From Candidatus Bathyarchaeia archaeon (GTDB lineage Archaea > Thermoproteota > Bathyarchaeia > Bathyarchaeales > Bathycorpusculaceae), in assembly GCA_038883775.1 (NCBI GenBank), contig JAVZLM010000003.1:64001-128000 (forward strand): a stretch of DNA of 64,000 bases, written 5' to 3'. Below, in pieces: positions 28,601-36,532 of the stretch (its first letter is position 1; every line of letters starts with the position of its first letter). A model generated the notes under the pieces. The model saw only the letters and a program-made list of their open reading frames with translations. It was not told where the DNA came from and searched no databases. The translations under genes and the position numbers were made by a program.

Positions 28601-29252
28601 TCCGGCGGGCTCAGCCAATCCTATAAGCATAACAATGAACAACGACCACACACTACAAGCAGTATTCGCGGAAATTCATATTTTGACTATTGCTGCGACT
28701 GCTGGCGGCACAACAAATCCCACGCCTGGAACATACACTTATAACGTTCCAACCAACGTTACTGTTACGGCTATACCCTACAGTAACTACTATTTTGATC
28801 ATTGGGAATATGACAGTGTCAATATAGGCTCAGCTAACCCGATCACTATTTACGTGGGAAGCGTTCACAATTTACGTGCTGTTTTTATGCAGATAAAACG
28901 CACGCTAATAATAGAAACAACTGCCGGGGGTACAACTAACCCAACATCGGGAACTTACACATACTCCAACGGAACTACTGTGCAAGTCGCAGCCATACCC
29001 AGCCCAGGTTATCAATTTGATTATTGGGTTTTGGATGGTTCTCCAGCTGGTTCCGTTAACCCAATTAACGTTCTAATGGACAGAGACCACACCTTAAAAG
29101 CAGTTTTCAAAATTGCGCAACCACCGCCTCCATTTGGAGGGCGCTCGTTTTCGTTAGCTAAACCAGCCGCGACAATCTCCATCGCTACTTACTTCATTTT
29201 AGTCGCCTTGTTTGCTACGGCTTTAAGCTTTAGAAAACGCAAAAGAAAATAG
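25626..29252 (+). CDS. Membrane-anchored surface protein: DNRLRE-like domain, PKD, about seven InlB B-repeat-like units
   Basis: PTADSWV..RRSYLKFDLS..ITWNNAP (DNRLRE-like). SYTWDFGDG. Repeats of TLTI..GGTTNP.PGTYTY..FDYWxLDG..NPI..M..H.L.AVF. PPPPFGG then TM then RKRKRK. Start uncertain. Confidence 0.8.
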   Translation: MRRNYFRGRERLYSWFKYLSVFFLIVFLVMPLLFVFSVNASSSVRLYPTADSWVEAEYPNDNHGTDTSLRVKSNSRTRRSYLKFDLSSIPNGKSVISVKLYLYCTYADANPSVEIYVHETGDGWTESTITWNNAPAVGASITSVSVGGTGKYYCWDITPYGQAQYSGDKILSVVVKLLLDDPSQNNPSYTRYFASKEYSGTGQDPYLEVIYENTPPTALFTYSPTYPVANETVTFDASGSYDPDGSIVSYTWDFGDGNITTVTTPVIGHEFITYSNYTVTLTVTDDNGLSGSYSKVVEVVDPAILRVYLPEGVYVKKNTGDPWIDEGWLLNKTGNSWSFTLKIYDTSKCVTSYDTHLVVALNDAAYNNLQTLTINGTSIPKSTFKNGKPKPYDKGYWPNCVYPTWFNDTYINVGTILPKGTVSLTVSVTFSGATGARMHFDAYGSVVNRKPCSWTEVAYSPSSEDSTVLYQAAPQPLTVSITPTSAIIDLGQYITFNSIVSGGTPPYSYQWYLNGSAVIGANQSSWIFTPSIPGYYLVHLNVTDNVGNKAESNVAGITVNPPISVSIQPISSVIVLGESVKFTSTVSGGTLPYSYQWYLNDTAVSGANDPSWNFTPTEVGYYLVCLKVTDGSSAVALSNEVEVTVNPKTYTLTIITTAGGTTTPCPGTYTYVEGTLVLVAAIPYVNYNFGYWELDGAYYGTNNPTTVLMDKNHTLKAFFAVITRTLTITATTGGTTSPAPGTYVYVNGTYATVTAIPSANYLFHHWILDGSPAGSVNPINVLMDRDHNLHAVFAIINYTLTITTTSGGTTNPSPGTYVYASGSTVQVLAIPNVNYKFVRWELNGNNITTNPITILMNKSYTLHAVFAPLTYKLTILSSTGGTTNPAPGTYTYPNGTYASVTAIPDANYLFDHWLLDGNPAGSANPINILMTDDHTLQPIFVLRNYTLTITTTAGGTTNPASGVYTYPAGTVVQVTAIPNTGYRFDYWVLDGSPAGSANPISITMNNDHTLQAVFAEIHILTIAATAGGTTNPTPGTYTYNVPTNVTVTAIPYSNYYFDHWEYDSVNIGSANPITIYVGSVHNLRAVFMQIKRTLIIETTAGGTTNPTSGTYTYSNGTTVQVAAIPSPGYQFDYWVLDGSPAGSVNPINVLMDRDHTLKAVFKIAQPPPPFGGRSFSLAKPAATISIATYFILVALFATALSFRKRKRK

Positions 29253-29300
29253 ATGTTTTCGCCATTTTATTTAGTGTTCACCTAGTTCGGAGTTTAGTTA

Positions 29301-30254
29301 ATGAAGAAAAAGAAGGAGACTGTTCCAAAAAGAGAGAGACGGTTCACGAATAAAAAACTTGCAATAATTTCCTCAGCCATTATAAGCGTTATTGCTTTAG
29401 GAATAATGTTTTACCAAATTTTTATCATGGACCATCCGGAAATTAAATTTTCATTTAATGCTGCAATAATCGATCAGGTTGGAGCGAATCCTCCATCTGA
29501 CCCTGAAAGTGCACGCGAGTTTAATGAAACTGTGACTAGAATTTTAGAAGATGCCGGATTTACGGTGTTTTATTATAGAAGCGGAAGTATAACTGTCAAC
29601 CTTTACAAAGGGCTGGCAAAAAATAATTACGGACTAATAATTTTACGGGTTCACTCAGCTCTACGGGAAGGTGAAACTGAAATAGATTTTTTCACCTCTG
29701 AAAAGTTTGAAGACAACCGTTACAGAGACGAGCAGAATGAAGGCTTGCTAACAATGGGCAATTATAGCTGGCAACCTGGCGAATCCTATTTTGCAATTAC
29801 ACCAAAGTTTATAGAACGTTTAGATGGATATTTCCCCAAAAGTATAGTTATTGCAATGGGATGTTGGAGCCTAAAATCTAACTATGAGGAAATGGCACAA
29901 GCTTTTATCAAAAAAGGAGCCAAAGCCTATATTGGATGGACTGATGCCCTCAGCATGGCACATAGCGACAATTCAACAATAAGATTTCTTCAATACTTGC
30001 TGGAAAATAACATGACGATAAGTGATGCGGTAGATAAATGTAATACATTTCATGATCCAGTAATCTATTACCATGCAGAACTTTCTTATTATCCTTCACA
30101 AATCGGCGACTACAAATTCTCAGATTTTAAATTTGCCCTTGTGTACACATCTTCAATGGGAAGAAAGGGATTCTTTCAAAAATTGCCACTTAATTCTTTG
30201 AGGCGCTTAGCTACTACATTGTATAGTTTTTCTTTGAGCATAGTTCCAGCATAA
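29301..30254 (+). CDS. N-terminally anchored hypothetical protein, possibly caspase/gingipain-like fold
   Basis: Basic N-terminus plus TM. IILRVHSA..VIAMGCWS..MAQAFIKKGAKAYIGW. 3' end overlaps the convergent gene. Confidence 0.6.
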   Translation: MKKKKETVPKRERRFTNKKLAIISSAIISVIALGIMFYQIFIMDHPEIKFSFNAAIIDQVGANPPSDPESAREFNETVTRILEDAGFTVFYYRSGSITVNLYKGLAKNNYGLIILRVHSALREGETEIDFFTSEKFEDNRYRDEQNEGLLTMGNYSWQPGESYFAITPKFIERLDGYFPKSIVIAMGCWSLKSNYEEMAQAFIKKGAKAYIGWTDALSMAHSDNSTIRFLQYLLENNMTISDAVDKCNTFHDPVIYYHAELSYYPSQIGDYKFSDFKFALVYTSSMGRKGFFQKLPLNSLRRLATTLYSFSLSIVPA

Positions 30255-30505
30255 TTTAAACTTCGAAGATTTCTTATCTCTTTTGCCAGTTCTCTATCTT
30301 CTAGAGTTTCATCTATCCATTTCTCAAAGTCTCCCCTATATAGGTGAAATTCTAAGGATTTTATGTTCACTTGATTTATTTTTTCCATGAATTCTTTTAG
30401 GGACGCAGCGCTTTCGCCTGTGTAGTTTCCTATTGAGGTGAAAAAGTAGAAGGCTTTTTCTCTGGGAACAGTCCTTAAAATTTTTGAGGCGCTTTCTATG
30501 TTCAT
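30176..30505 (-). CDS. DUF5752-like protein
   Basis: KAFYFFTSIGNYTG..A.SL.EF..SLEFHLYRGDFEKWI. Confidence 0.7.
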   Translation of the reverse strand: MNIESASKILRTVPREKAFYFFTSIGNYTGESAASLKEFMEKINQVNIKSLEFHLYRGDFEKWIDETLEDRELAKEIRNLRSLNYAGTMLKEKLYNVVAKRLKELSGNF

Positions 30506-30506
30506 T

Positions 30507-31040
30507 TTATTTCTCTTCCTTTATTTTGTGTGTTTCCCTTATAAGTGTTAACTTCCGTGGGTCATTTATTATTGAAAATTGGGTTTCCTTGAACTTTTTC
30601 GTTATTATTGAAGTACGAATTCTTAGGACCCCGTGGAGGGGTGCAATGGAGTTGGCGATGAATGTGTGGAGGTTTTCCTGGTTTTCGGCTACGACTTTGG
30701 CTATTATTTGGAGTTCTTCTGATAGGGATGTGTAAACTTCTAGGACTTGGGGTGCTGTGCATAGTTTTTCTGCAACTTTTTCGCTTTCTTTTGGGTCTGT
30801 GTAAATGGTCATTATGGCTATGATGCTTTTTGCTCCTGTTTTTTCAGCATCTATCACAGTCGTGTACTTCTTTATTATTCCGTATTGTTCCATCCTCTTT
30901 ATTCTGTCATAAACTGTGGAGTGGGCTATGCCTAAGCGTTTTCCTATGGCTGTGTAAGTTTGCCTTGCGTCTTCTTGCAAAACCTCTAAGATTCTTAAGT
31001 CTGTGGCATCTAATGCTAAAGCGTTGTTCTTTAATTTCAA
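30507..31040 (-). CDS. Lrp/AsnC family transcriptional regulator
   Basis: LDATDLRILEVLQEDAR..IGKRLGIAHSTVYDRIKRME..GII plus RAM domain. Confidence 0.9.
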   Translation of the reverse strand: MKLKNNALALDATDLRILEVLQEDARQTYTAIGKRLGIAHSTVYDRIKRMEQYGIIKKYTTVIDAEKTGAKSIIAIMTIYTDPKESEKVAEKLCTAPQVLEVYTSLSEELQIIAKVVAENQENLHTFIANSIAPLHGVLRIRTSIITKKFKETQFSIINDPRKLTLIRETHKIKEEK

Positions 31041-31312
31041 GGCGCGGTTCTGCCTCTCGCTTATTAAGGTGTTGTTTTTGAATTTATTGTTTTTGTCAGA
31101 AAAATAAGGAAAATTCTACATTTTTCCTTCAGAATTTTATTCCGAGTCTTCCGTAAACTTGTAGACAATTAGCCATTTTATCTACAAACTTTCAATTTGT
31201 AATTGCTTTGTCGTACATTTTTACAGATAAATTGACAAACAAGTTTAAATTTATGTGTGTGTAATAGAATATTGTTCTAGAGGATTCTATCAGAAAGGTT
31301 TGTGATGGAAAG

Positions 31313-31801
31313 ATGAAGATGCCCAGAGTTTGGGAAATCATTAAAAAGTTTAAGGATTTTTGCAAGTTTCATGGTTGGAAAACTTCTGAAACTGAAGATT
31401 GGGTAGAAGCTGACGATAAATATCACAATTTCCTCTGGACTAGGGATGTTCACCCATCCTCCTTCAAAAATATAGCTTCTCATAGACAATGCGTTGTTAG
31501 GGAAGGCTTGTCTTATCGGGTTGTTGAAGCCTATTACACAGCTTGGCTTTTCTCTGAAACACCATCAGAGACTCTTATGAAAGCAATATTTGAGAATCCA
31601 GATTTCTCCAAGAGAATAGCCATCTACGATTTAAGTCCATTGCTTGAAGGGAAAAACTTGTGCAGAAAACTTAACAATACAGACAGTTCTGTTTTTCAAG
31701 AATTTGAGAGTTTTCTAAAGAATGAGTTGAAGGTTGAACTCAAACCAATTTCGAATTTAGAGTTTTCTCCAGAAAGCTGTTCAGTTGCGGAGATGGCTTA
31801 A
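31313..31801 (+). CDS. Hypothetical protein
   Basis: 162-aa ORF, TATA-like tttaaat at about 31244, divergent from the Lrp gene. Confidence 0.7.
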   Translation: MKMPRVWEIIKKFKDFCKFHGWKTSETEDWVEADDKYHNFLWTRDVHPSSFKNIASHRQCVVREGLSYRVVEAYYTAWLFSETPSETLMKAIFENPDFSKRIAIYDLSPLLEGKNLCRKLNNTDSSVFQEFESFLKNELKVELKPISNLEFSPESCSVAEMA

Positions 31802-31859
31802 CAATAAAATTGAAAGGTTTGATAAGGGAAAACAGCGCTAAATATTATTGTGAGATGGG

Positions 31860-32450
31860 ATGTCTCAAGAAGCTGAAAAAATAAAGAAGCTCGTGGCTTT
31901 TAAGAAAAAGCTTGAAAAAAGGGTTGAAGATTTAGAGGCTGAGCTTAAAGAATTGCAAACAATGCTTGAGGCAGTGAACTCCATGCTACTCGAAAAAGGG
32001 TTTAAACGGGCAGAAATTCCAAAAGCCCCAGCTGAAGCGGAGGCTTTACCGCCAAAAGAAGTTCCAACTGAAAAGGCTCTTCCAATGGAATATGAGAGTG
32101 TTACGCCCTTAAAGGCTGCGGATGGCGAACTCCTCGCAAACCTTTACACAAGCGGAGACATAGTGCGTGTTGTGCCCGCAGAAGGCAAAAACTTTAACGT
32201 GAACACGCCGCCTTTTACGCCTTTTCTTGTGGAACGGGTTTTTGCAAAAATGCAGGAAAAAGACAACGAACTGTCCAGAACTGGGCAACTGGCACCCGAA
32301 AAAGTTTTTTCTTATAATATTGTTAGAGAAGGCGACACCATTCGTGAAATAATAATTGAGCATGTGGACCAAGACCGTTTAAGGGAGCTCAAATCAAGCA
32401 TTCGCTGGACATTTGAGAAAATGTATGAAAAAATGAGGAGTCAAGGTTAA
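31860..32450 (+). CDS. Hypothetical protein with N-terminal coiled coil
   Basis: 196 aa: heptad N-terminus, Pro/Glu linker, globular C-terminus. Confidence 0.75.
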   Translation: MSQEAEKIKKLVAFKKKLEKRVEDLEAELKELQTMLEAVNSMLLEKGFKRAEIPKAPAEAEALPPKEVPTEKALPMEYESVTPLKAADGELLANLYTSGDIVRVVPAEGKNFNVNTPPFTPFLVERVFAKMQEKDNELSRTGQLAPEKVFSYNIVREGDTIREIIIEHVDQDRLRELKSSIRWTFEKMYEKMRSQG

Positions 32451-32456
32451 AGGCGA

Positions 32457-33017
32457 TTATTTGCGGTCGAAGTAGATGCTTTTTCCTTTAGCTGATATAG
32501 GAATTCCCATTATAATTGTTGCTTCCGGCAGAAGCCCAAGCTTCATGGCAGCCGTGCCAACACGATACATTATGCGGTTGTCAACATTCAAAATGCTTGC
32601 AATTTTCACGGCTGAACCTAAAGCTATTCCAAGGTCTAAGGCTTTAAAAATGCATGTGGGACCAGTAAAATCTATTCCAAGCCTTCTCTTCGCCTTTTCA
32701 AACTCTTTACAACTCTCGTAACCGCAGGCACCACAGTTTAATCCAAAATTTTTGTTTCCCCTAACGCCAATTAGGATTACGGCTTCTGAATCCTTAACAT
32801 TTTTGGCATCACGTTTAAAACCATCAATCTTTCTTTCTTCGCCTATTTGCTCCATTCTCTCGGCGATGGCATTTTTTTCGTCGCCATAAACGATTAATGT
32901 TAAAGTGTCGTCTATGCCACCAGTTTTTGGAGCGGTCCTTGAGGCTACCAGCATTAGTTTTGCTGCTTCTAAAAGCGCATCTTTTTCTGCATTTTTACTT
33001 TCAAATGTTGGGCTCAT
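32457..33017 (-). CDS. DUF2148 / ferredoxin-motif nitroreductase-like protein
   Basis: ASRTAPKTGG.D, NCGACGYESC, GPTC..DLGIALGSAVK..VDNRIMYRVG. Confidence 0.8.
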   Translation of the reverse strand: MSPTFESKNAEKDALLEAAKLMLVASRTAPKTGGIDDTLTLIVYGDEKNAIAERMEQIGEERKIDGFKRDAKNVKDSEAVILIGVRGNKNFGLNCGACGYESCKEFEKAKRRLGIDFTGPTCIFKALDLGIALGSAVKIASILNVDNRIMYRVGTAAMKLGLLPEATIIMGIPISAKGKSIYFDRK

Positions 33018-33083
33018 TTTGCACCCTTCTATTTTTATGGATTTGTTTATTTATGTGGAAGTTAGTTAAGAATCTTACAGTTT

Positions 33084-33218
33084 TCACAGTCCAGTAAATG
33101 CTTTTTTCAGCATCTCTAACAGAGTGTTTAGTTGTCCAGTGTAAATGCCGACAGCTAAGAAGGAAACTCCTAAAAGAAGGAGAAGCGCTCCTATAACCCT
33201 TCGCTCTGGAATCTCCAT
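33084..33218 (-). CDS. Small single-TM protein (44 aa, not in the ORF track)
   Basis: MEIPERRVIGALLLLLGVSFLAVGIYTGQLNTLLEMLKKAFTGL*. Starts 7 nt after the thioredoxin stop, with GAGGT upstream. Confidence 0.6.
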   Translation of the reverse strand: MEIPERRVIGALLLLLGVSFLAVGIYTGQLNTLLEMLKKAFTGL

Positions 33219-33225
33219 AGGATTC

Positions 33226-33651
33226 CTACCTCAAATGTTTCTTTAAAATGGCTTCTATATGTTTTTTGGGAACAAGCCCAACGATTCTTTCTGCTTCCCT
33301 TCCGTCTTTCATTATTATTAGGGTTGGTATGCTGAAAATTTGGAATTTCTCCGCAGTTATTGGATTTTCGTCCACATTAATTTTTCCAACAAAAATTTTC
33401 CCGCAATATTCCTTTGCCAACTCTTCAATTGTTGGAGCTAAAGCCAAGCATGGACCACACCATGGCGCCCAAAAATCAATCAAAGCCAAATGGTGCTGGT
33501 TTACTATTTTGTTAAAATTTGAATCAGTTACGTGAGCTGGTTCCGCTGACATTTCCTGTCTTTTCTCCCTTAATTCTCTAATTTTCTTTTCTCTAATACG
33601 CTTCAGTTCTTCATCTTCCCCAGATATAAACTGTTCGTGCCTTTCGCTCAT
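33226..33651 (-). CDS. trxA: Thioredoxin
   Basis: DFWAPWCGPC, SIPTL; N-terminal EELKRIREKK extension. Confidence 0.92.
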   Translation of the reverse strand: MSERHEQFISGEDEELKRIREKKIRELREKRQEMSAEPAHVTDSNFNKIVNQHHLALIDFWAPWCGPCLALAPTIEELAKEYCGKIFVGKINVDENPITAEKFQIFSIPTLIIMKDGREAERIVGLVPKKHIEAILKKHLR

Positions 33652-33658
33652 GACCTTT

Positions 33659-34111
33659 TCATCCCTTACGTTTCAAGGAATCCTGTAAAGCTTTAAGCCT
33701 TACATAAGCCTCGTTTGGGTTTGAAATTTTTGTTGCCAATTTTTCGAAAGGGCATATTCCAGCCTTTTTAAAGTCAAGAATGTTTTCAACCAACTCATCC
33801 CATTCATGGTAAACTCCATGTTTTTCAAAAAACGCTTTAGCCTCGCTGCTCATGGTTATGGCATAAACCATTTTGACGCTTTTGTAAACGCATAACAATG
33901 CAATGGCTTTCCCAACAACTCTATCAGCTACAGAAGCCCCTTTAAGCGTGTCTCCAAGCTTTTCCACAGCATCTAAAAAGCCTAAAATTCCATGGGATGA
34001 AGTTTCAAAAATTATTTCTCCATTTTTCGCTATAGTAAGCGTTAAACCCTTTTCCTCTGATAAGCGCTTTTTTGCTATGGTTAAATCTTGCCTTTCCATG
34101 GCAATCGACAA
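33659..34111 (-). CDS. DUF1893 (TM1506-like) protein
   Basis: GASVADRVVGKAIALL..GICPFE. Confidence 0.8.
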   Translation of the reverse strand: MSIAMERQDLTIAKKRLSEEKGLTLTIAKNGEIIFETSSHGILGFLDAVEKLGDTLKGASVADRVVGKAIALLCVYKSVKMVYAITMSSEAKAFFEKHGVYHEWDELVENILDFKKAGICPFEKLATKISNPNEAYVRLKALQDSLKRKG

Positions 34112-34132
34112 TTATGAATAATCAAGCCATTA

Positions 34133-34552
34133 TTATTCTTTCATAATAAAAAGTTGGTTTTCCGGCATTCGGGCAATTTTCCATGCAAGCTCCTCATTTG
34201 ATGCGCCTTCAGAAAGCTTTCTCATTAGGGCTTCTGTTATTTTTGGGTTAATAGCGATTGTTAATTTTTTGCCAATTTTTACGCACTGGAAATCTGCAGA
34301 GATTTCTTTTGATGAATTTTTGATTTTTAACTTTTGATTTCCAATCGTGCTTTGGGTTGCCACTTGGATTCCATCTAGCACACACGAGAAAGGCGTCAAA
34401 AATGGAACTTTGACGGTTACTTGTAAACTGGTTGTTTTCAAAATCTTTTTGGCGGTTTCTCCCATCTTAACGCCTAAAACAAGAAATGGACCTAAATGGC
34501 CGTGAAGTTTTTCAGCTTCTTTTATTGCCAATTTGAGTTTTTCTTCAAGCAC
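34133..34552 (-). CDS. FmdE family protein
   Basis: LHGHLGPFLVLGVKMG..SCVLDGIQVATQSTIGNQKL. Confidence 0.85.
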   Translation of the reverse strand: MLEEKLKLAIKEAEKLHGHLGPFLVLGVKMGETAKKILKTTSLQVTVKVPFLTPFSCVLDGIQVATQSTIGNQKLKIKNSSKEISADFQCVKIGKKLTIAINPKITEALMRKLSEGASNEELAWKIARMPENQLFIMKE

Positions 34553-35087
34553 TTTTAATCCCTTTCACATTTGCCTTTTCCAAAACGCCAATAATTGGAA
34601 ATGTAACTACTATTCCGATTATTCCGCCTATCAAGTGCCACCCGCCCCAAAAAGTTAAAGCCCACTCTACTGACCTACTCATAAAGACTGTTCCAATGAT
34701 TACTCCAGCAAAATACGCAGAAACGATTGTTACCAGGGCTGCTGTAATTAGATTGTAGGCTTTTAATTGAATTTTGTGTTTATTCACGGACATTAATATG
34801 TCAAAGAGTAGGGCGGATAAAGCAAAACCTATGTTATGCCATGAAGCCGTTATTAGCAAAGCTACTGTGGCGCCTATGATGCCAACAATAGATGCGGTTC
34901 CAAACTTGCCTGTAGCCCATGTGACAAGTAGAAGCGTTAAGAAGACGGAAACATCACAAAATATTGGAAGCCCAAACCATGTGAAACCTAGACGCCCCAA
35001 TGTTAGGTTGAGGATAACCCATAAGGCGCTGAAAACGGCTACTAAAGCGATGTCAACCGGTGTAAGATATGTTTTGTTTTCCATCAT
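34545..35087 (-). CDS. ECF transporter S-component-like membrane protein
   Basis: DIALVAVFSAL at the N-terminus, about six TM helices. Confidence 0.65.
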   Translation of the reverse strand: MMENKTYLTPVDIALVAVFSALWVILNLTLGRLGFTWFGLPIFCDVSVFLTLLLVTWATGKFGTASIVGIIGATVALLITASWHNIGFALSALLFDILMSVNKHKIQLKAYNLITAALVTIVSAYFAGVIIGTVFMSRSVEWALTFWGGWHLIGGIIGIVVTFPIIGVLEKANVKGIKSA

Positions 35088-35380
35088 TTCTCCCTTTTCG
35101 ATTTGCTTATTGTTATTCCAAGGATAAATGTGGTGCAGAAGACTAGGATGACTCCGAAAATACCAGCGGCAATGGTTGAAATGTAGGGCGTTTCAATTAT
35201 TGGCAATTGGTAGTCTGGCATTAAACCCTTCCATAAAGGCTCGTTTTCCTCTATTCCGAGGGTTTCAGCCACCTTTTCTAACCCGTCTGGAAATTCTGAA
35301 GCAAAAGGAATTAGAATTGCAAGACAAATCAATGTTAGAATTAATGTTTTAAAGTATCCCTTCACCTTGTCTTCCTCCAA
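35084..35380 (-). CDS. nikN: PDGLE domain protein (NikN-like)
   Basis: ASEFPDGLEKVAE..LMPDY; two TM helices. Confidence 0.8.
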   Translation of the reverse strand: MEEDKVKGYFKTLILTLICLAILIPFASEFPDGLEKVAETLGIEENEPLWKGLMPDYQLPIIETPYISTIAAGIFGVILVFCTTFILGITISKSKREK

Positions 35381-36023
35381 GAATTGTTAATCCGTTAAGC
35401 ACATGAGGTTGCAGTCTTTGAAGTTGAGATATAAGCGTGGTTGTTATGGCTGCTTCGCCTAAACCAATGAGCGCATGCCAAAAAAGCATGGCAGGAACCG
35501 TTACTGCTATTCCTCCAGCTTCAGAGAAAATTGGAGAAAAACCTATCTGTAAACCGCAAGCCAGAGCGCCTAAAACAACGGAAAGCCAAGAGACTACAAA
35601 AACGCTTAGGAAAAGCCTCTTTCCTCTTTCAAGGTCTTTTGTAAGGAATTTTATGAGGAAGAAGCTTAATCCGCCTATAACTGCCATATTGAAGACATTA
35701 GCACCGAAAGTGAATAAGCCCCCGTCTGCAAAGAATATGGCTTGCATTAATAAGACGATGCTCATGCTTAGGATTGCCGCATAAGGTCCTAACAATATTG
35801 AGAGGAACGTGACGCCCACTAAATGCCCGCTTGTTCCATAGGCTATTGGAAAGTTTATCATTTGCGCTGCGAAAACGAAGGCGCTTGAAACCGCCAACAG
35901 AGGGGTTAGGGCGCTTGAATAGGTGGCTTTTGCCTTTCGCCAAGACCAAATTAAAAAGCCTATGGATATGGCGTACATTAGAGCGCATATTGTTGGGCTT
36001 AGGAATCCGTCCGGGATATGCAA
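35349..36023 (-). CDS. nikM: Ni/Co ECF transporter substrate component CbiM/NikM
   Basis: MHIPDGFL N-terminus (TTG start), GTSGH, FADGG..GANVFNM, HALIGLGE. Confidence 0.9.
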   Translation of the reverse strand: MHIPDGFLSPTICALMYAISIGFLIWSWRKAKATYSSALTPLLAVSSAFVFAAQMINFPIAYGTSGHLVGVTFLSILLGPYAAILSMSIVLLMQAIFFADGGLFTFGANVFNMAVIGGLSFFLIKFLTKDLERGKRLFLSVFVVSWLSVVLGALACGLQIGFSPIFSEAGGIAVTVPAMLFWHALIGLGEAAITTTLISQLQRLQPHVLNGLTILGGRQGEGIL

Positions 36024-36034
36024 AGCTAAACCTC

Positions 36035-36064
36035 GGTAACACTTTTTAGTATTTTAGTGTTACC
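36035..36064. promoter_or_regulatory. Probable NikR operator
   Basis: Perfect inverted repeat GGTAACACT-N12-AGTGTTACC (core GTAACA-N16-TGTTAC) between the divergent nikM and nikR genes. Confidence 0.8.
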
Positions 36065-36116
36065 ATATCGCATAAAAGCTTTATGGTTAACACTCCTACC
36101 TTAAAATGGGAAGTTT

Positions 36117-36524
36117 ATGACAAAAATAATCCGTGTGGGAGTAACGTTTCCGCCAGACTTGCTTAAGGATTTTGACGAAATAATTAGTAAAATGGGTTAT
36201 GAAAATCGTTCAAAAGCTGTTCAGGATGCTGTTAGGCTTTTTGTTTCTGAGCGAAAGTGGCTTCAGGAAGAGCGGGGCGTTCAAGCTGGAGTGCTTATGA
36301 TGCTTTACGACCATGAAGTTAAGGGTTTAGAAAATACGCTAACAGATATTCAGCATGACTATGCACACATAATTTCCTCAACAATGCATGTTCACCTCAG
36401 CGAAAGAGACTGTTTAGAGGCTATTGCAGTGAAAGGCGAAGCCGCAGAAATTAGAAAGTTAAGCGATGAATTGGCAGCAAAAAGAGGCGTGAAAATCCTC
36501 AAAACAATGCTTGTTTCTCTTTAA
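36117..36524 (+). CDS. nikR: Nickel-responsive regulator NikR
   Basis: RHH (RVGVTFP..GYENRSKAVQDA), YDH, HxHLSERDCLE. Confidence 0.93.
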   Translation: MTKIIRVGVTFPPDLLKDFDEIISKMGYENRSKAVQDAVRLFVSERKWLQEERGVQAGVLMMLYDHEVKGLENTLTDIQHDYAHIISSTMHVHLSERDCLEAIAVKGEAAEIRKLSDELAAKRGVKILKTMLVSL

Positions 36525-36532
36525 GGCTTATC

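Noticed and set aside
27570-29110. CRISPR array or DNA tandem repeat
   Set aside because: The periodicity comes from degenerate ~73-aa protein repeats in one ORF; there is no repeat-spacer structure and no cas genes.
239-29252. True cellulosome for polysaccharide degradation
   Set aside because: No glycoside hydrolase, lyase or CBM3 is recognisable here; the identifiable dockerin cargo is a protease and a peptide-family SBP. Cargo encoded elsewhere cannot be excluded.
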